NCBI GenBank assembly: GCA_015478725.1
Contig: JADMIG010000008.1
Span: 1,174-65,173 of the forward strand
Length of the DNA stretch: 64,000 nt
Direction: 5' to 3'
DNA from: Chloroflexota bacterium
Lineage (GTDB): Bacteria > Chloroflexota > Limnocylindria > Limnocylindrales > CSP1-4
A model generated the notes under the pieces. It worked only from the letters and a program-made list of their open reading frames with translations, was not told where the DNA came from and ran no database searches. This document shows positions 36,149 to 45,969 of this stretch, one piece after another. The position numbers were made by a program, and so were the translations under genes. Each line of letters opens with the position of its first letter. Positions within the stretch are counted from its first letter, which is position 1.

Positions 36149-36513
36149 AAGAGGTGGCGACGCCTTCATCGCGGAGGTGATGAACGAGTCAGGGGCGCGA
36201 TCAGGGATGCGCGACGCCCGACACGGACCAGCGCGCCGTCGGCCTCCCGGCGCACGACGATCCCGCTGGTACCTGCGGGGGGCTGGTCGTCGCGGGCGCC
36301 GGGTCGGTCGGTTGTTCGGGCGGGAGTTCTTCCCTGAGGACTTCGTGGATGGCCGATCGAAAGCGAGCGTCCGCCTCCATCCGGTTACTCGAGCGACAGG
36401 TAGTCTCTCGGAAGTCTGGACACGGCGATGACTCGCACACGCACGACCGCCGGAGCATCGCATGTTCTGGGAGCCGGACTGTCTTGGCTCGTCACCACCG
36501 TCGCCGAGGCGAG

Positions 36514-38472
36514 TTATCCCTCCCGTCCGGAGAACGACAGCTCGCTCGCTGCCGGCAGCGACTCGGCTGTCTCCTGCGTCCCGGCAGCGGCCTGGCGCTC
36601 GAACTGGGTCCGATAGAGCTCGGCGTAGAGGCCGTCCGCGGCGAGAAGGTCGGCATGCGTGCCCCACTCGACAACCCGTCCCTCGGAGATGACGAGGATC
36701 TGGTCCGCCTCGCGCACGGTCGAAAGTCGGTGCGCGATGACGATCGACGTTCGCCCGACAAGGGCGGTCTTGAGGGCCAGCTGCACCGCCATCTCCGACT
36801 CCGAGTCGAGGTGCGCCGTGGCCTCGTCGAGCACCACAACATCGGGTGCCTTGAGCAGGAGGCGGGCGATGGCCAGCCGCTGCTTCTCGCCTCCCGAGAG
36901 CCGGTATCCGCGGTCACCGACGAGGGTGTCGAGGCCCTCCGGCAGTGACTCGATCAAAGGCAGGATCTGGGCGGCCTGCAAGGCCTCGACGAGCTCCTCG
37001 TCCGAGGCGCCGGGCTTCGCAAAGAGCAGGTTGGCCCGGATCGTGTCATGGAGCATGTGAGCGTCCTGGGTGACCATGCCGACGATGCGCTGGATCGAGT
37101 CGAGGGTGGCGTCACGCACGTCGACGCCATTGATGCGGACCGCGCCCGAACGCACGTCGTAGAGCCGGGGGATGAGATGGCTGATCGTGGTCTTGCCCGC
37201 TCCGGACGGACCGACCAACGCCACCAGCTGGCCGGGTTGGACCGTGAACGACACGTCGAAGAGCACCTGCTGGGAAGGGGCCTGGCCGAGGACCGCGACC
37301 GACTCGAGAGATGCCAGCGACACCTCCTCGGGCCTCGGGTAGCTGAAGTCGACGTGGTCGAATTCGATCGTCGCGGGTCCTTGCGGGATGGCGACCGCGG
37401 CCGCCTTCTCGGCGACCGCGGGCTCCAGATCCAGCACCTCGAAGACGCGGTCGAAGGAGATCAGGGCAGTCATGATGTCGACCTGCACATTCGAAAGTGC
37501 CGTGAGGGGACCGTACAGACGGTTCAAATAGGCCGTCAGGGCCACGAGAGTACCGATCTGGAGGGTGCCTGTGGCCGCGAGGACCCCGCCCCACCCGTAC
37601 ACGAGCGCCGTCGCCAGCGCAGCCGTGAAGATGAGCGCCGCACTGAAGACCCGCGTGTACAGAGCCCGCGTGACCCCGATATCGCGCACCCTGCCGGCCT
37701 TCTCCTCGAAGCTCCGGATCTCACGCTCAGGTTGACCGAAGAGCTTCACGAGCAGCGCTCCCGCCACGTTGAAGCGTTCGACCATCGTGGAGGTCATCGT
37801 GGCGTTGAGGTTGTAGCTCTCCCGCGTGATCGCCTGAATGCGCCTGCCCACCCAGCGGGCGGGCAGGACGATGACCGGGAGGAGAGCGAGTGCGACGAGG
37901 GTGATCTGCCAGGACAGGAGGGCCATCGCCACGAGCGTGATCGCCACGCCGACCACGTTGCCGACCACCGAGGAGAAGGTGTCGGTGAATGCCCGCTGCG
38001 CGTCCATCACGTCGTTGTTGAGGCGGCTGACCAGGGCTCCGGTCTGGGTGCGCGTGAAGAAGGCAATCGGCATGCGCTGGAAGTGCGCGAACACCTGCGT
38101 CCGCATATCGAAGATGAGCCCCTCGCCGATCTGCGCGGAGATCCACCGCTGCCACAGGGAAAGGGCGGCGTCGGCCAGTGCCAGGCCGGCCAGGGCGACG
38201 GCCAGCTCAACGACGAGCCCGGTGTTCCTGGGCAGGATGCCGTCGTCGATGATGCCGCGGTAGATGAGCGGAGTCGCCGCATCCATCAGCGCGCCCACGA
38301 CGATCAGTACCAGGAACACGAGCAGCATCCGCCGGTAGGGGGCCGCGAACCGCAGGATCCGCCGGAAGATGCCCGGCGAGAGCTTCTGGGCGGTGACCGA
38401 GGCGTCGCGGCGGAAGGAGCGCATCAGCCCCCCACCCCTCATCCCCCCGCCTGGCCCGTCTCGGATGCTCAT
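36514..38472 (-). CDS. ABC exporter, fused permease/ATPase (MsbA/MdlB-like)
   Basis: Six TM helices are followed by GPSGAGKTTISHLIPRLYD (Walker A), LSGGEKQRLAIARLLL and VVVLDEATAHLD. The start is uncertain: ATG 38472, or 38526/38529. Confidence 0.9.
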   Translation of the reverse strand: MSIRDGPGGGMRGGGLMRSFRRDASVTAQKLSPGIFRRILRFAAPYRRMLLVFLVLIVVGALMDAATPLIYRGIIDDGILPRNTGLVVELAVALAGLALADAALSLWQRWISAQIGEGLIFDMRTQVFAHFQRMPIAFFTRTQTGALVSRLNNDVMDAQRAFTDTFSSVVGNVVGVAITLVAMALLSWQITLVALALLPVIVLPARWVGRRIQAITRESYNLNATMTSTMVERFNVAGALLVKLFGQPEREIRSFEEKAGRVRDIGVTRALYTRVFSAALIFTAALATALVYGWGGVLAATGTLQIGTLVALTAYLNRLYGPLTALSNVQVDIMTALISFDRVFEVLDLEPAVAEKAAAVAIPQGPATIEFDHVDFSYPRPEEVSLASLESVAVLGQAPSQQVLFDVSFTVQPGQLVALVGPSGAGKTTISHLIPRLYDVRSGAVRINGVDVRDATLDSIQRIVGMVTQDAHMLHDTIRANLLFAKPGASDEELVEALQAAQILPLIESLPEGLDTLVGDRGYRLSGGEKQRLAIARLLLKAPDVVVLDEATAHLDSESEMAVQLALKTALVGRTSIVIAHRLSTVREADQILVISEGRVVEWGTHADLLAADGLYAELYRTQFERQAAAGTQETAESLPAASELSFSGREG

Positions 38473-38641
38473 GCGCCACGCCTCTTCCTGGTGCTTTGCG
38501 AGCGATTCCTTCGGCTTCCTCGCCATCATCGCCGCCCGTCGGCCCGCCGTCCCGACGGGCCGGTGCGTCCGAGCGCGGCGTGGTCTCCGGATCGCCCCGG
38601 CACGCCGGGGCCGAACGCACGGTTCCGCGCGTCTCCCAACG

Positions 38642-39526
38642 CTACCCGACGAGCGGCGGTACCACACGAACCACCCGTGGTGTTGCGTTGCCCCCGCCTC
38701 CCGCGCGATTGATTTGGCGAGCCGAGGAGCGACCGCTCAGGGCACCCGCGATGCTGCCTGGCGGGTGGCCCCGCCCTTCGGACTCACCAGGGCGAACCAA
38801 TACGGCCACGACCGGCATCCCCATAGCGACGGGTGCGATCACCACGATCGCCGCGATCGCCGCCGGAGCGGCGCCCGACAAGAGGTTCGCGAGCATCATC
38901 GCCGCGTCGGCGAGGACGGGATCCCGCTTGGACCCAGGGAGAGCGGCCCGACCGGCCAGCGTCCAGCGTCGCTCCACCGAGCGGTACAGGAGATAGACGG
39001 TGAAGGTGGTCACGATCCAGCCGAGGTAGTTCTGGACCGGGACCCCGTAGTAGGGACCACCGCGCTCCCACACCCAGGCGCCAACGGTCGGACCGGAGAG
39101 GATGGGATCGACCACGAGATCCCAGGCTGTCATCACGAGGGCGCCGACGAGGGCCAGACGGACGAGGTGGCCGCGGCCCCCGGGCGTGCCGACCGGCCAT
39201 CCGTCCACGATCAGGTTGGCCACCACGTAACTCGGGTAGACCATCATGAACCAGGCCAGTGGGATGAGGACCGGGACCGAGCCGAGCCACGGGCCAAGGG
39301 TCGAGGTGTAGTGGTACGGGCCGTAGACGAGCCCCGTGACGACGCCGATCTCCTCGAAGATCCAGGACGTGACCGTTGTGATCGCGAAGAAGGCCGGGGT
39401 GAGCCGTCCGCCCAGCGCGACTGACGCATGCCACAGGCTGAAGACCAGGAGGATGAGGATCAGGCTGTTCAGGCCGCCCAGGATCACCGGCAGCGCGACC
39501 AGTCCCGCCAGCAGCCGCCGCAGCAT
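38642..39526 (-). CDS. Polytopic membrane protein, carotenoid-biosynthesis-protein family (DUF422/CruF-like) by motif
   Basis: SWIFEEIGVVTGLVYGPYHYTSTLGPWLGSVPVLIPLAWFMMVYP and VQNYLGWIVTTF resemble the family. The C-terminal ~45 aa look like low-complexity read-through. Confidence 0.55.
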   Translation of the reverse strand: MLRRLLAGLVALPVILGGLNSLILILLVFSLWHASVALGGRLTPAFFAITTVTSWIFEEIGVVTGLVYGPYHYTSTLGPWLGSVPVLIPLAWFMMVYPSYVVANLIVDGWPVGTPGGRGHLVRLALVGALVMTAWDLVVDPILSGPTVGAWVWERGGPYYGVPVQNYLGWIVTTFTVYLLYRSVERRWTLAGRAALPGSKRDPVLADAAMMLANLLSGAAPAAIAAIVVIAPVAMGMPVVAVLVRPGESEGRGHPPGSIAGALSGRSSARQINRAGGGGNATPRVVRVVPPLVG

Positions 39527-39730
39527 GCCGTCCTACACGAGGACGGCCAAGAACACGCTCGCCACGACAAGCCGGTTGTGTCCATCGATGGGCGTGCCTC
39601 GTCATCGGGACGATGGGGCGGGGCCGCGGGTAAAGCCGGAGCTTCCCGGTCCCACCATCGTGTATGCAGTACGGAGCCCGCCGCTGTCAACGGGTACGCC
39701 ATCCTCCGGCGGCTCGAGGGCGGAGGCGGA

Positions 39731-39770
39731 CCGGACGTGGCCGGACGTGGCCGGACGTGGCCGGACGTGG
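39731..39770. repeat. Perfect 10-bp tandem repeat (CCGGACGTGG)x4 in a divergent intergenic region
   Basis: It reads directly as ccggacgtgg x4. It lies 70 nt upstream of the LLM oxidoreductase ATG and about 205 nt upstream of the divergent membrane-protein gene. Confidence 0.9.
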
Positions 39771-39839
39771 TGGAGGCGATCGGCGTGTGATCCGATCCAG
39801 TTGCGCCGCGGCGATCGCGCCCTGCCTAGACTGGCACGC

Positions 39840-40781
39840 ATGAACGACGTGAAGCTTGGCGCACTTTGCTGGAACCAGTACACGGACTGGCCTTCCCTGC
39901 TACAGGCCGGCGTCCGGGCCGAGCGGCTCGGCTATGACGGCCTCTGGACATGGGACCACGTCTATCCGATCGTCGGCTCGGCGGACGGCCCGATGTTCGA
40001 GGGCTGGCTGACGATCGCCGCCTGGGCGGCCGCCACGAGCCGGGCGACGGTGGGCCTCATGGTCGGCGCGAACACGTTCCGCGAGCCGTCGCTCGTCGCG
40101 AAGATGGCGACGACGCTCGACCATATCAGCGGTGGCCGAGCGGTCCTCGGGATCGGCGCCGCGTGGTTCGAGACGGAGCACACCGCGTTCGGCTTCCGGT
40201 TCGGGTCAGGAGCTCCGGAGCGGCTCCGCTGGCTCGGCGAGGCGCTGCCGATCATCCGGGGCATGCTCGACGGGACGGCGCCGAGCGGCGCCGGCGTGCG
40301 GTACCACGCTCGCGAGGTGAAGAACGATCCGCCGCCGGTCCAGCGCCAGCTGCCGCTCCTCGTGGGCGGCGGCGGCGAGCGGGTGACGCTGCGGCTCGTC
40401 GCCCGCTACGCGGACGCGAACAACCTCGGTGGCGGTTTCGAGACGGTGAAGCGCAAGGACGCGATCCTCCGCGAGCACTGCGAGGCCGTCGGGCGCGATC
40501 ACACGGAGATCGAACGGACGACCGGGCTCGGCACCGTCGTCATCCGCGATTCGCGGGCCGAGGCGCAGCGCGTCCAGGCCGCGATCATGGCGCGCAACGG
40601 CGGTGCCCGGGTCTGGGCGCATCAGCCGGTTGGCACGCCGGAGGACGTGGTCGAGATGCTCGCCCCCTACGCGAGCATCGGCTATCGCCACCTCATCGCC
40701 GGGTTCCCCGCGCCGTACGACGAGGAATCGATGACCCGGTTCGCGACGGAGGTCCGACCGAAGCTCGCGGCGCTCGGCTGA
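39840..40781 (+). CDS. Luciferase-like monooxygenase (LLM) family oxidoreductase, probably F420-dependent
   Basis: GYDGLWTWDHVYPI...MFEGWLTIAAWAAATSRATVGLMVGANTFREPSLVAKMATTLDHISGGRAVLGIGAAW. It uses an in-frame internal start of track ORF 39336..40781. Confidence 0.85.
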   Translation: MNDVKLGALCWNQYTDWPSLLQAGVRAERLGYDGLWTWDHVYPIVGSADGPMFEGWLTIAAWAAATSRATVGLMVGANTFREPSLVAKMATTLDHISGGRAVLGIGAAWFETEHTAFGFRFGSGAPERLRWLGEALPIIRGMLDGTAPSGAGVRYHAREVKNDPPPVQRQLPLLVGGGGERVTLRLVARYADANNLGGGFETVKRKDAILREHCEAVGRDHTEIERTTGLGTVVIRDSRAEAQRVQAAIMARNGGARVWAHQPVGTPEDVVEMLAPYASIGYRHLIAGFPAPYDEESMTRFATEVRPKLAALG

Positions 40782-40894
40782 CCGACCGACGGTCGACTGA
40801 CGGCCGACGGCGGACGGAGCGCCCTGCCGAGTGAGCCTGCCAAGGAGTCCAGGTAAGTCGCAGCTAAGCCGGCTCGGATAGCGTTCGTCATGTC

Positions 40895-40934
40895 GGCCGC
40901 ACGACCTCGGATGTGCCCCCGAGGTCGTGCGGCC
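40895..40934. terminator. Perfect 16-bp stem / 8-nt loop hairpin between the LLM gene and comEA
   Basis: GGCCGCACGACCTCGG-atgtgccc-CCGAGGTCGTGCGGCC. It lies 114 nt after the LLM stop. No U tract follows, so a terminator role is only inferred. Confidence 0.45.
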
Positions 40935-41018
40935 GGACCATCGGGACGCCGGGCCGGCCATCGACGCGCGACGCCCGACTGACGTCCCGTCCCGATCCTC
41001 CCGCCGACGGAGGACCGT

Positions 41019-41771
41019 GTGGACGACCGGCAGGCGCCATGGCGCGCCTTCGAGCTCGGCGAGCCGGCGACTCCCGTCGAGGCGCCATCAGCGGATGCGT
41101 CCGGAGGGCCGCGAGCGACGCGGGCGTCCCTTCCGATCGGCTGGGTCATCGGTGCCGTGGTCGCGCTCGTCCTCCTCGCCGGAACGGCCGCGATCCTCCT
41201 CGCCACGGCACCCCACGGGTCGACGACGTTCGGGTCGACGTCGTTCGAGAAGCCTGCGTCCGCGGCCGCCGATCCGCTGGCGAGCGCGGAGCCCGTCGGA
41301 CCGGTGGTGGAGGTTTCGGGCGCGGTCCTCCATCCAGGCGTCGTCCGTCTCCGCAGCGGAGCTCGGGTGGCCGACGCGATCGCGGCGGCGGGCGGCTATT
41401 CCCCTCGCGTGGACGCCGCTCGCGCGGATCGGGAGCTCAATCTCGCCCGCCTCGTGACGGACGGCGACGAGGTCCGGGTCCCGTCCCGCGACGACCAGCC
41501 AGCGTATCGCGGCAGCGCCGCTCCATCGAGCGGTCGCTCCGGCGGCGCGGGAGGGTCGGGCGGCGCCGAAGGGTCGGCCGGTCCACTCGACCTCAACACG
41601 GCGACCGCGGCGCAGCTCGACACGCTGCCGGGCATCGGGCCAGTGACGGCGGCGAAGATCGTCGCCGCCCGAGCGACCGCGCGATTCACCGCGATCGACG
41701 ACCTGCGGACGAGAAAGCTCGTCGGGGCTTCGACGTTCCAGAAGCTCCGCGCGCTCGTCGTCGTCCACTGA
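41019..41771 (+). CDS. comEA: ComEA competence protein (TM + SLBB + helix-hairpin-helix)
   Basis: [30 protein letters not shown] is the SLBB region. [29 protein letters not shown] is the HhH region. The start is GTG. Confidence 0.88.
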   Translation: MDDRQAPWRAFELGEPATPVEAPSADASGGPRATRASLPIGWVIGAVVALVLLAGTAAILLATAPHGSTTFGSTSFEKPASAAADPLASAEPVGPVVEVSGAVLHPGVVRLRSGARVADAIAAAGGYSPRVDAARADRELNLARLVTDGDEVRVPSRDDQPAYRGSAAPSSGRSGGAGGSGGAEGSAGPLDLNTATAAQLDTLPGIGPVTAAKIVAARATARFTAIDDLRTRKLVGASTFQKLRALVVVH

Positions 41772-44695
41772 TGCCGCGGAGCGGCTGGGTCGCGGCCGGT
41801 GCGGTCGCCACCGCGCTCGGACTCATCGCGGCCGGCTCCGCCGGGATCGCCTCTGCGACCGGGGCATGGTGCATCGGCGCTGTCACGCTCGGCGTGCTCC
41901 TCGGTTCCGGGGTCTTCCACGCCGCCGGCAGGCGGTGGCTCGCCCCGCGCACGATCGCGATCGTCGTCGGGGTCGCGCTCGTCTCGATCCGCGTCTCGGT
42001 CGCCGGCGGGTTCGATCCCCCGCCGGCTGAGCTCGCCGCGTCGGCCACCGGCAGCGGGGAGTGGCAGGCTCGGGTGGTCGCCGTCGGGACGCCACGTGAC
42101 GGACAGCAGGTCGCGACGATCGAGCTGGCGCGAGCTGGCGCGCCGCCACCGCCGCGCCCGCCGCTCCGCGTCGCCGCGACGCTGCCCCGCTATCCGCAAA
42201 TCCGGCCGGGTCTGCGGATCGATGTCCACGGCCGCCTCGACCGCCGGCCGGACGACGAGTACGGCCGGTACCTCGAACGGACCGGGGTGGACGCCACCCT
42301 CCGCGCCGACCGCCTGTCCGTCACCGGCGACGAGGGCGATCTGAGCGCGGCGATCGAGGGTCTTCGCCGGACCGGCGACGCGGCGCTCGCCGCGTCGCTC
42401 CCGGAGCCCGAGGCCGGCCTCGCGGCGGGAATCCTCATCGGCCTCCGCGATCGGGTCGATCGCGAGCTCGCGGCGGCCTTCGTCGGGGCCGGGGTCAGCC
42501 ACGTCGTCGCGATCTCCGGCTGGAACATCGCGATCGTCGCCGCGTCGGTCGGCGCTCTCCTCCGCCGCTGGCCGCGACGGCGCCGGGCGACGGCGATCCT
42601 CCTCACGATCGCCGTGTACACCGTCCTCACTGGAGCGTCGGCATCCGTCCTCCGGGCAGCGGTCATGGCGGCTGTCGTCCTCGGAGCACGCGAATCGAAC
42701 CGCCCGGGGCGGGCTGCGGTGGCACTCGGCTGGGCGGTGACCGGACTCGTCGTCGCCGGGCCAGGTCTCGTGACCGATGCGGGATTCGCCCTGTCGGCGG
42801 CCGCGACGGGCGGGCTCATGGCCTGGGCCACGCCGCTCACCGAGCGTCTCCGCAGCTGGCGCGACGGACGCCTGCCGGACTGGTTCTGCGGATCGGTCGG
42901 CGTCTCGTTGGCGGCCGAGTTCGCGACGCTGCCGATCGCGCTCCTCTGGTTCGGCCGCATCGGGATCGTCGCGCCGCTCGTCAACCTCGCTGTCGTCCCG
43001 CTCGTCGCGCCCGCGATGGCAACCGGGGCGATCGCCCTGCTCGGCGGTGGCCTCGCGGTCGCCGGTGCGCCCGGCTTCCTCGCGACTCTCATCGGGCTCC
43101 CGGCGTGGGTCGCCCTCGGCCTCATCGTGGCGATCGTGCGGGCCGCCGCGGTCTTGCCCTTCGCGAGCGTCACACTGGAGCCGCCGTCGAGCACCGCGCT
43201 GGCGGGCGTGACCGCGGTCGCGATCCTCGCGGTCGCCGGCGGATGGCCACGGCGGGTGGCCACGCGATTCCATCGGACGGCGGCGAGCCCGGCGGTCGAA
43301 CGCGCGCGGTCGGGCCGACTCTCGCTCGTCGGCCAGCGGTCGGGGCGCCAGCCGTCCGGCCGCAAGCCGAGCCCCCGCGTTGCACGCGTCGCGATCGCGA
43401 TCCTCGTGGCCGCCGTCGCGGGAGTCGGGTCGCTGGCGGTCACCCGACCGGACGGCCGGGTCCGCATCACCGTCCTCGACGTCGGCCAGGGCGACGCGAT
43501 CCTCGTCGACGGCGATCGTGGCTCTCGGCTCCTCGTCGACGGCGGTCCGGACCCGGACCGGCTCCTCGTCGCACTCGACGCGAACCTGCCGCCGTGGGAT
43601 CGGCGCATCGACGTCATCATCCTCAGCCATCCTCACGAGGACCACGTGGCGGGGCTCGCGACGCTCCTCGCCCGATATCGGATCGGCCGGGTGATAGAGC
43701 CGGGGATGCGCGGCCCGGGGCCCGGCTACCGTGCCTGGGCCGAGGAGCTCGCGGCACAGGGACGGGTCGCGGGTCGCCTCGCAACGGGTGATCGGTTCAC
43801 CCTCGACGACGTCGGGTTCCGCGTCCTCTGGCCGGATGCGGGCGCCGTGCCGCGCGAGCCGGCCGACACGGGCACGGGCATCAACAACGTGTCGATCGTC
43901 CTGCTCGGGACATTCGGGACGGAGCGGTTCCTGCTGGCGGGCGACATCGAGGAGGGGATCGATCCGATCCTCCTCGCCCGCGGCGTGCCGCGCGTGGAAG
44001 TCCTCAAGATCGCCCATCACGGCAGCCGGACCTCGTCGACGCCCGCGTTCCTCGACGCCACCCGACCACGGCTCGCGGTCGTCTCGGTCGGAGCGAAGAA
44101 CCCGTACGGTCATCCGGCACCGGCCACCCTGGCCCGGATCCGGGACCGGAAGGCGACGCTCTACCGCACGGATCAGGACGGCTCCGTGACGATCTCCCTC
44201 GATGGCACGCAGGCGGTCGCCTCCGCGGCGCGTCCAACGCCGGTCGCGAACGTCGCAGCGGGAGGTCCTGGCGGGGCCGATCGTGAGGCGGCGATCGCCG
44301 ACGATCCGGCTGCCGGCCGGCCCCTCGCGACGCCGATCCTGCGCTTCGCCTGCGGCATCGTCCGCCCGACTGTCCCCGAGCGGACGGCCGTCCGGACCCC
44401 CACCGCCGTGCCGCCGACGACCGCCCTCGTGCGCGGGCCGACCACGGTGGTGCGCAGCCCGACGGCCGTCGCATCGGCGCCCGCTCTGCCAGCGATCCTC
44501 GCCCTGTACCATCGGGCCGATGACGGGTCCCGGGTCGATCGCCGCCGCGCCGATCGCCTACTTCTACGGCGACGATGCGTACTCGCTCGACGTCGCCGCT
44601 GGGACGCTCGCCGACCGCCAGCGATCGAGCGGCGGTCCGCCGCTCGATCGCTGGCGCGTCGCCGGCGTGACGGCGACCGCGGCGAGGATCGCTGA
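41771..44695 (+). CDS. comEC: ComEC/Rec2 DNA internalisation channel with metallo-beta-lactamase domain
   Basis: FVGAGVSHVVAISGWNIAIV is the competence domain. VLDVGQGDAILV...ILSHPHEDHVAGL...KIAHHGSR is the MBL domain. The start overlaps the comEA stop (TGATG). The last ~58 codons overlap holA and are Arg-rich, so the true 3' end is uncertain. Confidence 0.88.
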   Translation: MPRSGWVAAGAVATALGLIAAGSAGIASATGAWCIGAVTLGVLLGSGVFHAAGRRWLAPRTIAIVVGVALVSIRVSVAGGFDPPPAELAASATGSGEWQARVVAVGTPRDGQQVATIELARAGAPPPPRPPLRVAATLPRYPQIRPGLRIDVHGRLDRRPDDEYGRYLERTGVDATLRADRLSVTGDEGDLSAAIEGLRRTGDAALAASLPEPEAGLAAGILIGLRDRVDRELAAAFVGAGVSHVVAISGWNIAIVAASVGALLRRWPRRRRATAILLTIAVYTVLTGASASVLRAAVMAAVVLGARESNRPGRAAVALGWAVTGLVVAGPGLVTDAGFALSAAATGGLMAWATPLTERLRSWRDGRLPDWFCGSVGVSLAAEFATLPIALLWFGRIGIVAPLVNLAVVPLVAPAMATGAIALLGGGLAVAGAPGFLATLIGLPAWVALGLIVAIVRAAAVLPFASVTLEPPSSTALAGVTAVAILAVAGGWPRRVATRFHRTAASPAVERARSGRLSLVGQRSGRQPSGRKPSPRVARVAIAILVAAVAGVGSLAVTRPDGRVRITVLDVGQGDAILVDGDRGSRLLVDGGPDPDRLLVALDANLPPWDRRIDVIILSHPHEDHVAGLATLLARYRIGRVIEPGMRGPGPGYRAWAEELAAQGRVAGRLATGDRFTLDDVGFRVLWPDAGAVPREPADTGTGINNVSIVLLGTFGTERFLLAGDIEEGIDPILLARGVPRVEVLKIAHHGSRTSSTPAFLDATRPRLAVVSVGAKNPYGHPAPATLARIRDRKATLYRTDQDGSVTISLDGTQAVASAARPTPVANVAAGGPGGADREAAIADDPAAGRPLATPILRFACGIVRPTVPERTAVRTPTAVPPTTALVRGPTTVVRSPTAVASAPALPAILALYHRADDGSRVDRRRADRLLLRRRCVLARRRRWDARRPPAIERRSAARSLARRRRDGDRGEDR

Positions 44696-45587
44696 GCGGG
44701 TCGCGACGGCGACCCTCTTCGGCGGCGGCACGCTCGTCATCGTCGACGAGCCGGGGCCGCTCATCCGGTCGCGCGACGCCCGAACGGCGCTCGAGCGGGC
44801 GCTCGGGACCGTCGCACCGGGGAACGTCCTCGTCTTCCTCGACCTCCTCGAGCGACTGCCGACGGAACGCCGGCCGCTCACGGCGGACCGCCTGGCGCTC
44901 GCGGCGGCCGTCCGGGCCGCCGGCGGAGAGTCGCGTCAACTCCAGGGTCCGGGCACGCGGATGCCCGCGTGGATCGAGGAGCGAGCGCGGGAGCGAGGGA
45001 TCCGGCTCGGCCGGGGCGCGGCTGCGGAGCTCGCCCGACGCATCGGGGGGCTCGTCCGCCAGCCGGATGTCGATCGGCGGTACGCCGGCCGCTTCGCGGT
45101 CGGCGAGCTCGAGAAGCTCGCCCTCCTCCACCCCGACGGGAACGAGATCACCGTCGCGGATGTCGAGGCCCTCGTCGCCGAGGCGATCCCGACGTCGTCG
45201 TGGGCATTCCTCGATGCGCTCGGCGAGCGGCGGGTCAGCCAGGCCGCAGACATGCTCGACCGGCTCCTCGCGACGACCCCGGAGCCGGTGCTCCTCGCCC
45301 TGCTCCACGCCCGGATCCGGGACCTCATCCTCGTCGCCGACGGGCTCGCCGCGGGCGCCTCACCGGCGGAGCTCGCTCGGGCGACGAAGCTCAGCGGCTA
45401 CCGGCTCGAGCGCTCGGTCGAGATGGCCCACCACTGGACAGTGGAAGAGCTCAGCTGGGCGCTCGATGGACTCCTCGAGCTCGACATCCGGGTCAAGGGC
45501 GCGGACGGGACGATGTCGACCGAGGAGCAGCGCCGCTTCGCGTTCGTCTCGTGGGTCGCCGACCACGCGGGCCGGCTCGCCGGCTGA
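44520..45587 (+). CDS. holA: DNA polymerase III delta subunit
   Basis: PIAYFYGDDAYSLDVAAGTLA...ATLFGGGTLVIVDEPG...FAVGELEKLAL. It holds the conserved position after comEC. It uses an in-frame internal start of track ORF 44202..45587. Confidence 0.8.
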   Translation: MTGPGSIAAAPIAYFYGDDAYSLDVAAGTLADRQRSSGGPPLDRWRVAGVTATAARIAERVATATLFGGGTLVIVDEPGPLIRSRDARTALERALGTVAPGNVLVFLDLLERLPTERRPLTADRLALAAAVRAAGGESRQLQGPGTRMPAWIEERARERGIRLGRGAAAELARRIGGLVRQPDVDRRYAGRFAVGELEKLALLHPDGNEITVADVEALVAEAIPTSSWAFLDALGERRVSQAADMLDRLLATTPEPVLLALLHARIRDLILVADGLAAGASPAELARATKLSGYRLERSVEMAHHWTVEELSWALDGLLELDIRVKGADGTMSTEEQRRFAFVSWVADHAGRLAG

Positions 45588-45590
45588 CGA

Positions 45591-45845
45591 TCAGTCGGCG
45601 CTCGACCAGGCCTGTTCCTGGACGACGAGGTCGCTCTCGATCGCGAAGACGCAGCGGCCGTCGCCGAGCTCGAGGGTGTCGATGAGCTCCGGGTCGATGT
45701 ACAGCTGGTGGCAGTCCTCGCACAGTCCGCCCGGGATCCCGAAACACAGCCGCTCGGACCGATCCGCCATCCGGAAGGTCGTGTCGAAGCGGGTGACGAT
45801 GAGCTTGCGGGTGCAGCGTGGACACCGTTCGCGAAGGCGGGACAT
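45591..45845 (-). CDS. Small zinc-ribbon protein, unknown function
   Basis: MSRLRERCPRCTRKL...GGLCEDCHQLY carries CxxC...CxxC. The track ORF extends to 45896. Confidence 0.5.
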   Translation of the reverse strand: MSRLRERCPRCTRKLIVTRFDTTFRMADRSERLCFGIPGGLCEDCHQLYIDPELIDTLELGDGRCVFAIESDLVVQEQAWSSAD

Positions 45846-45969
45846 CGGATGCGCGACCTCGAGCGGGTCGGTCTTCTCACCGACCGCTGAGCGCATCCTA
45901 TGGACGCCCCTCCGACGTTGGCATGACCCGCTCGTACCGGCCCGCCCCGTACCTGTCCCTACTTCGCGG

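Noticed and set aside
41396-44512. 1038-aa minus-strand ORF, plus the 1260-aa composite plus-strand ORF 40913..44695
   Set aside because: The minus ORF is antisense to comEA/comEC and has extreme Arg/Asp/Gly composition. The plus ORF is real only from 41771 (comEC). Its upstream part is an off-frame overlap of comEA.
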